From positions 160,001-224,000 of the forward strand of contig CAWANJ010000003.1 of assembly GCA_963783385.1 (NCBI GenBank): 64,000 bases of DNA, given 5' to 3'. Position numbers and translations under genes: made by a program. Source of the stretch: an uncultured Gemmatimonadales bacterium (GTDB lineage Bacteria; Gemmatimonadota; Gemmatimonadetes; Palauibacterales; Palauibacteraceae). The notes under the pieces are model-generated. The model was not told where the DNA came from. It saw nothing but the letters and a program-made list of their open reading frames with translations, and searched no databases. Shown in pieces: positions 27,343 through 36,492 of the stretch. The first letter of the stretch is position 1. Each line of letters starts with the position of its first letter.

Positions 27343-28512
27343 CTAGGGCCAGACGTTCCCCGAGATCTCCTGCTGCCACTTGCTCTCGATCAGCGTGACC
27401 ACGTTGTCCGGAATCGGCACGTAGTCCAGCTTCTTGGCAGCATCCTGACCGTTGCGGTACGACCAGTCGAAGAACTTGAGGACTTCCTTGATCTCGTCCG
27501 GTTTGGCCGGGTGCCTCTGCAGGAGGACGAACGTGGCACCGGTGATCGGCCACGTGTCGTCGCCCGTCTGATCCGTGACGACCATATAGAAGCCCGGGGC
27601 GTTCTGCCAGTCGGCGTTTCCGGCCGCGGCCATGAAGGTCGAGATCGCGGGAGACACGAACTTGCCGGCCTTGTTCTGGAGCTGCGTGTAGGTCATGCGG
27701 TTCTGGCTCGCGTAGGCGTACTCGACGTAGCCGATCGCACCGTCGATGCGCTGGACGTAGCCGGACACGCCCTCGTTGCCCTTGCCGCCCACGCCGGTCG
27801 GCCACTGGACGGCCTTGTCGTTGCCCACCTTCTGCTTCCACTCCGGCGACACCTTGGACAGGTAGTTCGTGAAGATCCACGTCGTGCCCGAGCCGTCCGA
27901 ACAATGGACCACGGTGATGCCCTTGCCGGGTAGCGTCACGCCCGGGTTGATCTTCTCGATGGCCGGGTCGTTCCACCTGGTGATCTTCCCCAGGTAGATG
28001 TCGGCCAGGACGCCCGGTGTGAGCTTGAGCTGGCCCGGCTCGACGCCCGACACGTGCACGGCCAGGACGACGCCACCCACGATGGCCGGGAACTGCATCA
28101 GGCCCGCTTGATCGAGCTCGCTCTTGGTGAGGGGCGCATCGGAGGCGCCGAAGTCGACCGTCTTGGCCTTGATCTGGGCGATTCCGCCGCCCGACCCGAT
28201 CGACTGGTAGTTGATCTGAACGCCCTTGAGCTTGGAGTACTGGCTGGCCCACTGCGCCAGCACCGGGTAGATGAAGGTGGAGCCGGCGCCGGTGAGCGCC
28301 TGCCCGGCCGGACTGGCCGTCGGGTCCGCGGCGGCGCCCCTGGTGGTCGTCGTCTCGGTCCCCTTCGCGCTCGTCGAGCCGCCCCCCTTGGCCATGGCGG
28401 AGCCCGCATCGCCACCGCACGATGCGGCGAACACGGCGGCCGCCACGACGAGCGTCAGGCCGGCCCAGCGACTGTGTGATGAGTCTGCTCTGTGAAACGC
28501 GTGTCTGCCCAT
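27343..28512 (-). CDS. pstS: Phosphate ABC transporter substrate-binding lipoprotein PstS
   Basis: Lipobox FAASC, GAGSTFIYP, YQSIGSGGG, DFGASDAP, SDGSGTT and GKGNEGV. Confidence 0.95.
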   Translation of the reverse strand: MGRHAFHRADSSHSRWAGLTLVVAAAVFAASCGGDAGSAMAKGGGSTSAKGTETTTTRGAAADPTASPAGQALTGAGSTFIYPVLAQWASQYSKLKGVQINYQSIGSGGGIAQIKAKTVDFGASDAPLTKSELDQAGLMQFPAIVGGVVLAVHVSGVEPGQLKLTPGVLADIYLGKITRWNDPAIEKINPGVTLPGKGITVVHCSDGSGTTWIFTNYLSKVSPEWKQKVGNDKAVQWPTGVGGKGNEGVSGYVQRIDGAIGYVEYAYASQNRMTYTQLQNKAGKFVSPAISTFMAAAGNADWQNAPGFYMVVTDQTGDDTWPITGATFVLLQRHPAKPDEIKEVLKFFDWSYRNGQDAAKKLDYVPIPDNVVTLIESKWQQEISGNVWP

Positions 28513-28600
28513 ATCGAGTCCATCCTCCGGGGTTCTGGCCACAGTTCGCGGGTGTACCGCACCCAACCGCCAGGGAAGGTGGCCCGACTGCAATGCAGGG

Positions 28601-28633
28601 CCGTCACACGCCTGTAACGATCCTGTCACACCG
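28601..28633. promoter_or_regulatory. Pho-box-like array: three 11-bp-period direct repeats upstream of pstS
   Basis: CCGTCAC (28601), CTGTAAC (28612) and CTGTCAC (28623) resemble the PhoB half-site CTGTCAY at 11-bp spacing. Confidence 0.7.
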
Positions 28634-30234
28634 CCGGAGGCTCTCCGGGAAGCGTGAACCACACGGTCGTGCCCTCGCCCGGCGCGCCCTCGATCCCCAC
28701 GCTCCCCTCGTGGGCGGCGACCAGGTGACGGACGATCGAGAGCCCGAGCCCCGTGCCGCCCTCGGCACGGCTCCGGCCGGGATCCACGCGCCAGAAGCGC
28801 TCGAACACGCGCTCCCGTTGTGCCACGGGAATGCCGGGTCCCCGGTCCGAGACGGCGATGCGCACCCGATCCTCGGCCGGATGCGACGTGACGAGGATCG
28901 CCGAGCCGGCGGGTGCGTAGCGGCGGGCGTTGTCGAGCAGGTTCCTGAAGATCTGGTCGAGGGCCGAGTGGTCCGCACGCGCGTCGGGAGCCGGAGCTGT
29001 GTCCAGATCCAGCGCCACCGCGCGCTCTCCCGTTCCGCCCAGCTCCTCCCAGGCCTGTCGGGCGGCGGTCTCGATGGAGACCGATTCGAGCCGCGGTTGC
29101 CACGAGCCGGACTCGATGCGCGACAGGTCGAGGAGGTCGTCCACCAGCCTCCGCATGCGGATGGCGTTGTGCCGGACCTTGCGCACGAACTCCGTGCGCT
29201 GGTCGGGGGCCAGCCCCTCGTCCTGGAGCGTCTCGGCGAACCCGAGGATGCTGGTGAGCGGCGTCTTGAGCTCGTGGGAGGCGTTGGCCACGAAGTCGCG
29301 CCGCACGCCCTCCAGTCGCCGTAGCCGGGTGAGATCCCGCACGACGAGGAGGATTCGAGTCTCGTGCGGCCTCACCGACACCAGGTAGGTGCGCCCCCCC
29401 GATTCGGTCTCCGTCTCGGCTTCGCGCCCCTCCACGCCCCGATCCAGCGCGTCGAGCACCGCCGGATCCCGGAACAGGCTGCGCGCCGGGCGGCCGATCG
29501 CCGCCTGGGGCGCGGCCATGTCGGCCAGGGCGCGGTTGGCCCGGACGACAATGCCCCGTCGGTCGAGGACCGCGACCGCGTCGTCCATCTGGTCGAACAC
29601 CCAGACCAGCTCCTCCTCTTGCCTGGCCTTCTCTCCCGTGGCGTCGGCGGCGTGCACGTGCGCCCTTCCGGCGGGCGCGCGCGCGGCCAGAAAGCGCCGG
29701 GAGGGTTCGACCAGGAAGGCCAACAGGATCAGGTAGGCGATGGCCACGGCCAGGAGTGCGCGGCGCATGTGCACCGCCGGCTCCAGGACCTCGGACAGGG
29801 GCGTGGCGATCCGGATGACCCCTTCCGGCGCCGGGATGGCCACGGAGAAGAGGGTGAAGCCGAGCGCCGAGCTGAGGCCCGTGGTGGTTCCGGTCTCGCC
29901 CCGCAGCGCCGCCCGCACCTCGGGCCGGTCGGCCTCGGACGGGATCGAATCCAGCCGCGACGCGGGCAGGTACGAGTCGCCCACCACCCGCCCGCGGGCG
30001 TCGAGCAAGGTGACGCGATCCACGGCCGCCCGGCCGAGCTCGTCCGCCAGCGAATCGCTGAACGTCCGTCCGGCGGCTGCGGCCCGGGCCAGACTCGCCT
30101 TCTGCTCCAGCTGCGCCCGGGCGTCCTGCTCCAGGAGCTCCGGGAGCTTGGTGGCCGCGTACCAGTAGGCGAGGCCCAGGGTCACCAGGCCGGCGGCCAG
30201 CAGAGCGACGAGGAATCCGGAACCGGGAGGTCAC
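28626..30234 (-). CDS. phoR: Phosphate regulon sensor histidine kinase (apparent frameshift near the 5' end)
   Basis: DFVANASHELKTPLT, NLLDNA, DRGPGI, FERFWRVD and GGTGLGLSIV, plus a PAS-like region. Intact ORF 28626-30185; the likely true start (GTG 30234) is one base out of frame. Confidence 0.9.
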
Positions 30235-30935
30235 CGGTCCTCAGACACCTCGGCTCGGAACCGGTAGCCCACGCCCCGGACCGTCTCGATGAGGTCGCCC
30301 GCGGGCCCCATCTTGGATCGGAGCCGCGCCACGTGCATGTCCACGGTCCGCGTCTCGATGGCCGCGTTGGTGTCCCACACGGCCTGGAGGAGCTGGCGCC
30401 GGGACTGTACCCGCCCGCGCCGCTCCATGAGGACCTCGAGGAGCCGGAACTCGAGCGGAGTGAGGTCCATCTCGCGCTCTCCGACGAACGCGCGATGCGC
30501 GTCCCGGTCGACGGTGACGCCCCCCAGGCTGAGCCGCCGGTGCGTGTCCACGGGCTCTGCCTGCGTCCTCCGAAGCAGGGCTCGCACGCGCAGGACCAGC
30601 TCCTTGGGGCTGAAGGGCTTGGTGACGTAGTCGTCTGCGCCGCGCTCGAAACCGTGGATCCGGTCCTCCTCTTCCTGCCGCGCCGTGAGCAGGAGGACCG
30701 GAATCTCGCTCGTGCGCTCGTCCTCGCGCAGTGTCCTGAGGACCTCGTACCCGTCCACGCCGGGGAGCATGAGGTCGAGCACGATCAGATCCGGACGGTC
30801 GGCCAGGGCGGTGGACACGGCGCCGCGGCCATCCACGGCCGTGCTGATCCGGTAACCTTCCCGGCTCAACTGGTAGACCAGGAGGCTGAGGATGTCGGGC
30901 TCGTCGTCGACGACCAGGATCCGCTCGCCGGGCAT
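30231..30935 (-). CDS. phoB: OmpR/PhoB-family response regulator
   Basis: ILVVDDE, DLIVLDLMLPG, GADDYVTKPF, TRTVDMHVARLRSK and IETVRGVGYRF. Located upstream of phoR-pstSCAB-phoU. Confidence 0.92.
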   Translation of the reverse strand: MPGERILVVDDEPDILSLLVYQLSREGYRISTAVDGRGAVSTALADRPDLIVLDLMLPGVDGYEVLRTLREDERTSEIPVLLLTARQEEEDRIHGFERGADDYVTKPFSPKELVLRVRALLRRTQAEPVDTHRRLSLGGVTVDRDAHRAFVGEREMDLTPLEFRLLEVLMERRGRVQSRRQLLQAVWDTNAAIETRTVDMHVARLRSKMGPAGDLIETVRGVGYRFRAEVSEDR

Positions 30936-31067
30936 GGGGTCCGGGGGCTCGGGGGCACCGGGGGGGCGGCCGTGGCCCGGCACGAGGCCGGGTGGCCGGC
31001 GACGCACACAAGATAGAGGGGGGGCGGCCCGCGCAACGACGCGGCCGGCGCCCGCGGCGCTACCGAG

Positions 31068-31373
31068 TCAGTCCCGGACCGAGACCAGGAACTGGCGGAT
31101 CATGGACTCGGGCATCGCCTCCGCCCGGCGCACCACCTCGGCTTCGGTATCCTCCACGATGATCGGGGCCGTCACGAGGTGCTTCCCGCCGCGCTGGAAG
31201 GCAATGCGACCGCGGGCCAGGTCGGTGGCCACCGTCTCCGAGAGGAGATGAACCTCCCACTCCTCGTCGCCCAGGACGAGATGACCGAGGCTATGACGCC
31301 GTGTGTCGCTATCCCAGATCTGGAGCTGCGGGCCCTCCGCCTCGGTCCCTCGCTCGTCGCCGTCCCGGGTCAC
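31068..31373 (-). CDS. Hypothetical protein (~101 aa)
   Basis: GTG start overlaps the upstream stop (GTGA); protein-like composition and typical codon bias. Confidence 0.65.
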   Translation of the reverse strand: MTRDGDERGTEAEGPQLQIWDSDTRRHSLGHLVLGDEEWEVHLLSETVATDLARGRIAFQRGGKHLVTAPIIVEDTEAEVVRRAEAMPESMIRQFLVSVRD

Positions 31374-31750
31374 GGGCGTTCCGGGTCGGGCCCGCCGGAG
31401 GGGTTCTCGGCCGACTCCTCCCAGAAGCCCAGCAGATAGGGGTCGTAGCGCTCCGGATGGTCTCGATAGTCGGCCGCCCACTCCTCGAGGTCGGGGAGCG
31501 GCACACTCGCGGTCAGCTTGTCCGTCACGAGCTTCACCATCCTGCGGAAGCCGAGGTCGGCGGGGTTGAGGTCCGCCTCGGCAGCGGCCTCCTCGACGAG
31601 GCCGTAGATCCGCTCGGCGTTCAGGGAGAGAAAGACCTCGGCGAGACGGGCCGAGCAGTAGTCCAGATACTTGGCCTCGAGAACGGCGTCGACGGTCACA
31701 CCGCTCCCGGATGGCTTGCCCCGCTGCTCGGCCGCCGACTGATCATCCAC
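31370..31750 (-). CDS. Hypothetical helical protein (126 aa)
   Basis: KYLDYCSARLAEVFL...LPDLEEWAADYRDHPERYDPYLLGFW; acidic, with typical codon bias. Confidence 0.75.
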   Translation of the reverse strand: MDDQSAAEQRGKPSGSGVTVDAVLEAKYLDYCSARLAEVFLSLNAERIYGLVEEAAAEADLNPADLGFRRMVKLVTDKLTASVPLPDLEEWAADYRDHPERYDPYLLGFWEESAENPSGGPDPERP

Positions 31751-31858
31751 GCCTACCGTCCCGTCTGGCCGGGTGAGCCCGGTCCTCCGGACTGGTCTCG
31801 CAGCTATGTAGCGTCGCAGAAGGGGCCAGTCAAGCGCCCCGGGCGGGCGAGGGTGGTC

Positions 31859-32053
31859 TCAGGCGAGCTCCCGCAGGCCGCCATTCCGTTCCTCGAGCGA
31901 CCGGCTGAGGACCTGAAACATGGCCCGACGCGTGAGACCGTATCGGATGACCTTGTTCAGGAAGTCGGGGTCGCGTCTCTGGATCTCTTCGACATCATCG
32001 GCGAGGTCTTCTGGCAACTGCAGGACTACTTCGACAGGGCGGGTGTCCCACAT
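31859..32053 (-). CDS. Small hypothetical protein, possibly ribbon-helix-helix-like
   Basis: GAGGGG RBS. VEVVLQLPEDLADDVEE...FLNKVIRYGL follows a beta-alpha-alpha pattern. Confidence 0.7.
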   Translation of the reverse strand: MWDTRPVEVVLQLPEDLADDVEEIQRRDPDFLNKVIRYGLTRRAMFQVLSRSLEERNGGLRELA

Positions 32054-32675
32054 GGGCGGCGCTTCCCCTCAAAAGTCGAGAATCTCCAAGTGAAGACGAC
32101 GGCCCGGATATGGCCACGCCTCGGGTCGCGCGACCTGCCGCTTCCGACGTGCGGGGACGAGTATACCGGGCCTCTCGGGAGGGAGCAAGACCCGCTCGCC
32201 GGCGGGGCTGCACGGCCTGTGATTCTAAGCCATTGTTTGTCAGTCCGTTACAGATGGTGTCGAAAACCCGTCTCTGGTGTGGATTGCGATGTGAATCGTT
32301 GTGGACAACAGGGGGCGAACGTTCGTAATCCGGCCCGAACGGGGGAATTGGGGACGGCGCCTCTCTCACTCCAGGAGGCGGGTGTGCTGGAGTTTTCCCA
32401 AAAATGTACACTCGCCGCGACGACTCTCGGGTCGGAGGAAGGGTGCCGCACGGGCGGCGGTCCGGAGCGTCCCCGGGCCGCCGTGCGTTCGTGGCGGACG
32501 CTGTCCCGATGCCGGGCGAACGGCGCGGAGCCCGCCGACCGGTGACCGGGGGTGCGCGAGGGCCGCGCGTCCAACAGATTGGGCCCGGCGGGCCGGCACG
32601 GCCGGACGCCGGGAGCCGGCCACGGGGGTCGGGGAAGCGAGCGGGACTGGCAGCGGAGCGGCACGGGAGCCTCAC

Positions 32676-33488
32676 ATGACGGACGACGGCAGGGGAGCGG
32701 CCCTCATCCTGGGGGCCTCGAGCGGCTTCGGAGAGGCGACCGCGCGGGCGTTCGCCGCGGCCGGGTACGACATCTTCGGCGTGCACCTGGACCGGCGCGC
32801 GGGCCTCGAGCACGTGGGGGAGATCCGCGACGCCATCGAGGCCGAAGGACGCGAGGCGACCTTCTTCAACGTGAACGCGGCGGACGCCGACAAGCGCGAT
32901 GCCACGCTCGACGAGATCGCCGCTTCGGCGGGGGAGGGCTCGGTCACCATCCTCCTCCACTCCCTGGCCTTCGGGACGCTGCGCCCGCTGGTGGCCGACG
33001 AGCCGGGGGACGACGTGACCCCCAAGCAGATGGACATGACCCTGGACGTCATGGCGCACACGCTCGTGTACTGGACTCAGGGGGTGGTGCACCGGGAGCT
33101 GATGGGCCGTGACGGCCGCATCTTCGCGATGACGAGCTCCGGCGGGGACCGGGTGAGCCCCTCCTACGGGCCCGTGTCGGCCGCCAAGGCGGCGCTGGAG
33201 TCCCACTGCCGCCAGCTCGCCCTCGAGCTGGCGCCGCGAGGCATCACGGTGAACGCGGTGCGGGCCGGGGTCACGGACACGCCCGCCCTCCGGAAGATTC
33301 CCGGCTCGGAGGTCATGGTGCAGCAGGCCCTGCAGCAGAATCCGCACGGCCGGCTGACCACGCCGGAGGACGTGGCCCGGTGCATGGTCGCGCTGGCCTC
33401 GCCGGAGACCTACTGGATGACCGGCAACGTGCTCCGGGTCGATGGGGGCGAGGACTTCGTGGGCTCCAACGCCCGCCCGGACGCGTGA
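32676..33488 (+). CDS. SDR oxidoreductase, enoyl-ACP reductase (FabL/FabI)-like
   Basis: LGASSGFG, YGPVSAAK (Y-x6-K, enoyl-reductase type), AGVTDTPALRKIP and VDGG. Confidence 0.88.
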   Translation: MTDDGRGAALILGASSGFGEATARAFAAAGYDIFGVHLDRRAGLEHVGEIRDAIEAEGREATFFNVNAADADKRDATLDEIAASAGEGSVTILLHSLAFGTLRPLVADEPGDDVTPKQMDMTLDVMAHTLVYWTQGVVHRELMGRDGRIFAMTSSGGDRVSPSYGPVSAAKAALESHCRQLALELAPRGITVNAVRAGVTDTPALRKIPGSEVMVQQALQQNPHGRLTTPEDVARCMVALASPETYWMTGNVLRVDGGEDFVGSNARPDA

Positions 33489-33715
33489 GCCGCGGGAGCG
33501 CCGACCTCGCCGAGACGGCGGGGCGGCTGCTGCGGCCGGTGCGTCGGGCGGCCGAGCGCGAGGTGCGCCGGGCGCGGCACGAGCTGTCGGTGCCGTGGCG
33601 CGAGGGCGCGGAGGGCCCGGCTGCGGAGACGGGACGCTGGATCGGGGTGGCCCTGGCGGCCGGCGCGTTCCTGGTCGGCGTGATCGCGGCGGTGCGGGTC
33701 ACGCGTGGTGACTGA
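33485..33715 (+). CDS. Small protein with a C-terminal TM helix
   Basis: GTG overlaps the SDR stop; ends in WIGVALAAGAFLVGVIAAV; fills the gap to the next gene. Confidence 0.55.
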   Translation: MSRGSADLAETAGRLLRPVRRAAEREVRRARHELSVPWREGAEGPAAETGRWIGVALAAGAFLVGVIAAVRVTRGD

Positions 33716-33730
33716 GTCCGGGCGAGGGCG

Positions 33731-35551
33731 ATGACCGCTCTCGTGAAGCTGTCCCTCCTGGTCCTCTCGCTCCTGCCGCTCGCCGTCGACGGCGCCGTCG
33801 CCCCGCCGGTGGGATCGGCGCCCGTGGCGGCGACCGCCCCCGGCCGCTCCGTCGTGGCTCGGGTCGCCCGGTCCGCGCCCGACACGGCCTTCGATCCTTC
33901 GCCCGGATTCGACGTTCTGGCGTACGACCTGTCGCTGGATCTGCGGGACGGGAGCGACTCGATCGTCGCTCTCCAGCGGGTGCGGGCCCTCGTCACGTCG
34001 AACACCCTTCGCTCCCTTCGTCTCGAGCTGCGCGGCCTGCACGTGGACTCGGCCTCGGTCCAGGGCCGCTCCGTCCGGGTGGATCGGCGGGGCGACACCC
34101 TGCTCCTCCCCCTGCCCTCCGACGTCCACCCGGTGGCCGGCGACACGCTGACGGCCATGGTGGCCTACCACGGGCACCCCGCCGATGGCCTCATCATGAA
34201 GCGCGACGTGCACGGCCAGTGGACGGCCTTCGCGGACAACTGGCCGGACCGCGCCCGCTACTGGTTCGCCTCCGTGGATCATCCGGCCGACAAGGCGGCC
34301 GTGACCTTCCGGGTCACGATGCCCGCCGATTGGACCTCAGTGGCCAACGGCGTGCGGGTCCTGGACCTTCCCCTCCCGGACGGGCGCCGACGAGAGGTAT
34401 GGGTCGAGAAGGTCGCGATCCCCGTGTACACGATGGTGGTGGGAGCCGGCCGGCTGGCCGTCGAGGACGGCGGGCTGGCCCGGGTCGGAGCCGGCCGACC
34501 GGCCGTGCCGATCCACTACGTGGCCTTCCCCGGGGACTCGGCCCGTGGCCCGGAGCTGTTCGGCGCGGCGGCCCGCATCGTCGAGGCCTTCTCCCGCCTG
34601 TTCGGACCTTATCCCTACCGCAAGCTCGACCTGGTCGAGTCGGCCACCCGTTACGGGGGGATGGAGAACACGACCGCGATCTTCTTCCCGCAGGAAGGCG
34701 TCTCGGAGGGGAGCGTGTCGGAGTCCACCGTGGCCCACGAGATCGCGCACCAGTGGTTCGGCGACGGCGTCACGGAGGCCCGGTGGCGGGACCTGTGGCT
34801 GAGCGAGGGCTTCGCCAGCTACGGCGATGCGCTCTGGCAGGAGGCCTCCCGGGGACGGGACGCGTATCGCCGCCGGATGGCCGAGTTCGAGGCCCGGTAC
34901 CTGGCCTCCGACGCGGTGGAGCGGCCCGTGCTGGGTCCGGTGCCGGCCGACCTCACGCGCCTCCTGGACGCCAACGCGTACCAGAAGGGAGCCTGGGTGC
35001 TCGGCATGCTCCGCGGCCTGGTCGGGGACTCGGCGTTCTTCGGCGGTCTGCGCCGGTACTTCGCCCGCTACCAGGGCGAGTCGGCTCTCACGGCGCAGCT
35101 CGAGTCCGCGGTCGAGGACGCCTCGGGTCGGCGCCTCGGGTGGTTCTTCGACCAGTGGCTTCGCCGGCCGGGCGCCCCGCGCGTGGAGGTCGACTGGTTC
35201 TGGGACGCCGGCCGGGGCGTCCTGGAGCTGGACGCGTGCCAGACCCAGCCGGGCGAGCCCTACCGACTCCGCGTGCCCGTCCGGCTGGCCGGGGCCGGAG
35301 GGAAGGAGACGACCGTGGTCGTGCGCATGGAGGGCCGCGCCGCCACGCTCCGCGTCCCGTTCGCGGCCGCCCCGGACTCGGTCGCGGCCGATCCCGACGA
35401 CACGATCCTCGGCCCGGTGACAGCCCGGCGGGCCCCCGCCGGGGCGGCGGAAGCCTGCCGGCCATCCGGAGGCGCTCCCGGGAAGGCGTCCCCGGAGGCG
35501 CGGCGCGAGTCCGGTGCCGCGTCCCCCCGCCACCGCACGGGGCGTCCATGA
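33731..35551 (+). CDS. Secreted M1 family zinc aminopeptidase
   Basis: Signal peptide, GGMEN, HEIAHQWFG...WLSEGFASY and AYQKGAWVL. Confidence 0.93.
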   Translation: MTALVKLSLLVLSLLPLAVDGAVAPPVGSAPVAATAPGRSVVARVARSAPDTAFDPSPGFDVLAYDLSLDLRDGSDSIVALQRVRALVTSNTLRSLRLELRGLHVDSASVQGRSVRVDRRGDTLLLPLPSDVHPVAGDTLTAMVAYHGHPADGLIMKRDVHGQWTAFADNWPDRARYWFASVDHPADKAAVTFRVTMPADWTSVANGVRVLDLPLPDGRRREVWVEKVAIPVYTMVVGAGRLAVEDGGLARVGAGRPAVPIHYVAFPGDSARGPELFGAAARIVEAFSRLFGPYPYRKLDLVESATRYGGMENTTAIFFPQEGVSEGSVSESTVAHEIAHQWFGDGVTEARWRDLWLSEGFASYGDALWQEASRGRDAYRRRMAEFEARYLASDAVERPVLGPVPADLTRLLDANAYQKGAWVLGMLRGLVGDSAFFGGLRRYFARYQGESALTAQLESAVEDASGRRLGWFFDQWLRRPGAPRVEVDWFWDAGRGVLELDACQTQPGEPYRLRVPVRLAGAGGKETTVVVRMEGRAATLRVPFAAAPDSVAADPDDTILGPVTARRAPAGAAEACRPSGGAPGKASPEARRESGAASPRHRTGRP

Positions 35552-36411
35552 CGCTGCGCCTGTGCGGAGCGCAGATCGACCCGCGCCTGGGCCGCGCGGC
35601 GCACAACGCCGCCCGGTGCGCCGATGAGATCCGGGCGGCGGCGTCGGAGGGCGCGCGCCTGGTCGTGCTGCCCGAGGCGTCCCTCACCGGCTACGTGTTC
35701 GACAGCCTGGAGGCCGCTCTCGAGGGAGCGGTCGAGGCGGGAGGGGCGGAGCTCCGGGCCGTGACCGACGCGTGCGCGGAGACGGGTACGTGGGCCGTCG
35801 TCGGCGCGCTGGTCCGCGAGGCCGGGCGCCTCCACAACTCGGCCTTCACGATCGGCCCCGAGGGGATCGTCGGGGAGTACCGGAAGACCCACACGCTGTG
35901 CCTGGGGATGGACCGGTTCACCGAGCAGGGTCCGGGGCCCCTGCCGGTCTACGACCTGCCGTTCGGCCCGGTGGGCGTCCACATCTGCGCCGACGGCAGC
36001 TACCCGGAGACGGCGCGCGCCCTGCGGCTGGCCGGCGCTCGTCTGCTCCTCCTCCCCACCAACTGGCCCAACCTGTACCTGAAGCGGGAGATGGTGCGGG
36101 TTCGGGCCCAGGAGAACCGCGCCTTCTACGTGGCCGTGAACCGGGTCGGCGAGGAGGGGGGCGTCACCTTCGAGGGCGGCAGTTGCGCGGCCGGCCCCGG
36201 CGGCGAGCTCCTCGCCGAGGCCGGGTCGGCGCCGGGGCGCTTCCACCTCGAGCTGGACCTCGAGCGGGCCGCCAGCTCGCTGGTCGTGGAAGCCGAGGGC
36301 CAATACGAGTACGACCGGCTGGCCGACCGGCGCCCCGAGCTATACGGGGCGCTGGTCGAGCCGAACGATCCGGCGCGGCGGACCGGCGGCCGGCGCAGGC
36401 CCAGGGACTAG
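35548..36411 (+). CDS. Carbon-nitrogen hydrolase (nitrilase/amidase superfamily)
   Basis: Triad LPEASLTGY / YRKTH / HICADG, plus RAQEN and NRVGEE. ATGA overlap with the M1 gene. Confidence 0.9.
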   Translation: MTLRLCGAQIDPRLGRAAHNAARCADEIRAAASEGARLVVLPEASLTGYVFDSLEAALEGAVEAGGAELRAVTDACAETGTWAVVGALVREAGRLHNSAFTIGPEGIVGEYRKTHTLCLGMDRFTEQGPGPLPVYDLPFGPVGVHICADGSYPETARALRLAGARLLLLPTNWPNLYLKREMVRVRAQENRAFYVAVNRVGEEGGVTFEGGSCAAGPGGELLAEAGSAPGRFHLELDLERAASSLVVEAEGQYEYDRLADRRPELYGALVEPNDPARRTGGRRRPRD

Positions 36412-36492
36412 CGAGCCCGGAACCGGCCGACCGCGACCGCCCGGCCCCGGCGCGAGTCGCCGCCGGCCGTGGAAGGACCGCCCGTTACCGCC

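Noticed and set aside
27343-30234. 963-aa ORF suggesting a giant PstS fusion
   Set aside because: Only the last ~390 aa are PstS, which has its own lipoprotein signal. The upstream part is an off-frame read through phoR.
32322-32360. AATCC...CGGGGGAA..GGGG, resembling the 5' half of a c-di-AMP (ydaO) riboswitch
   Set aside because: The conserved 3' half (CCCG..AGCTAAC) is missing.
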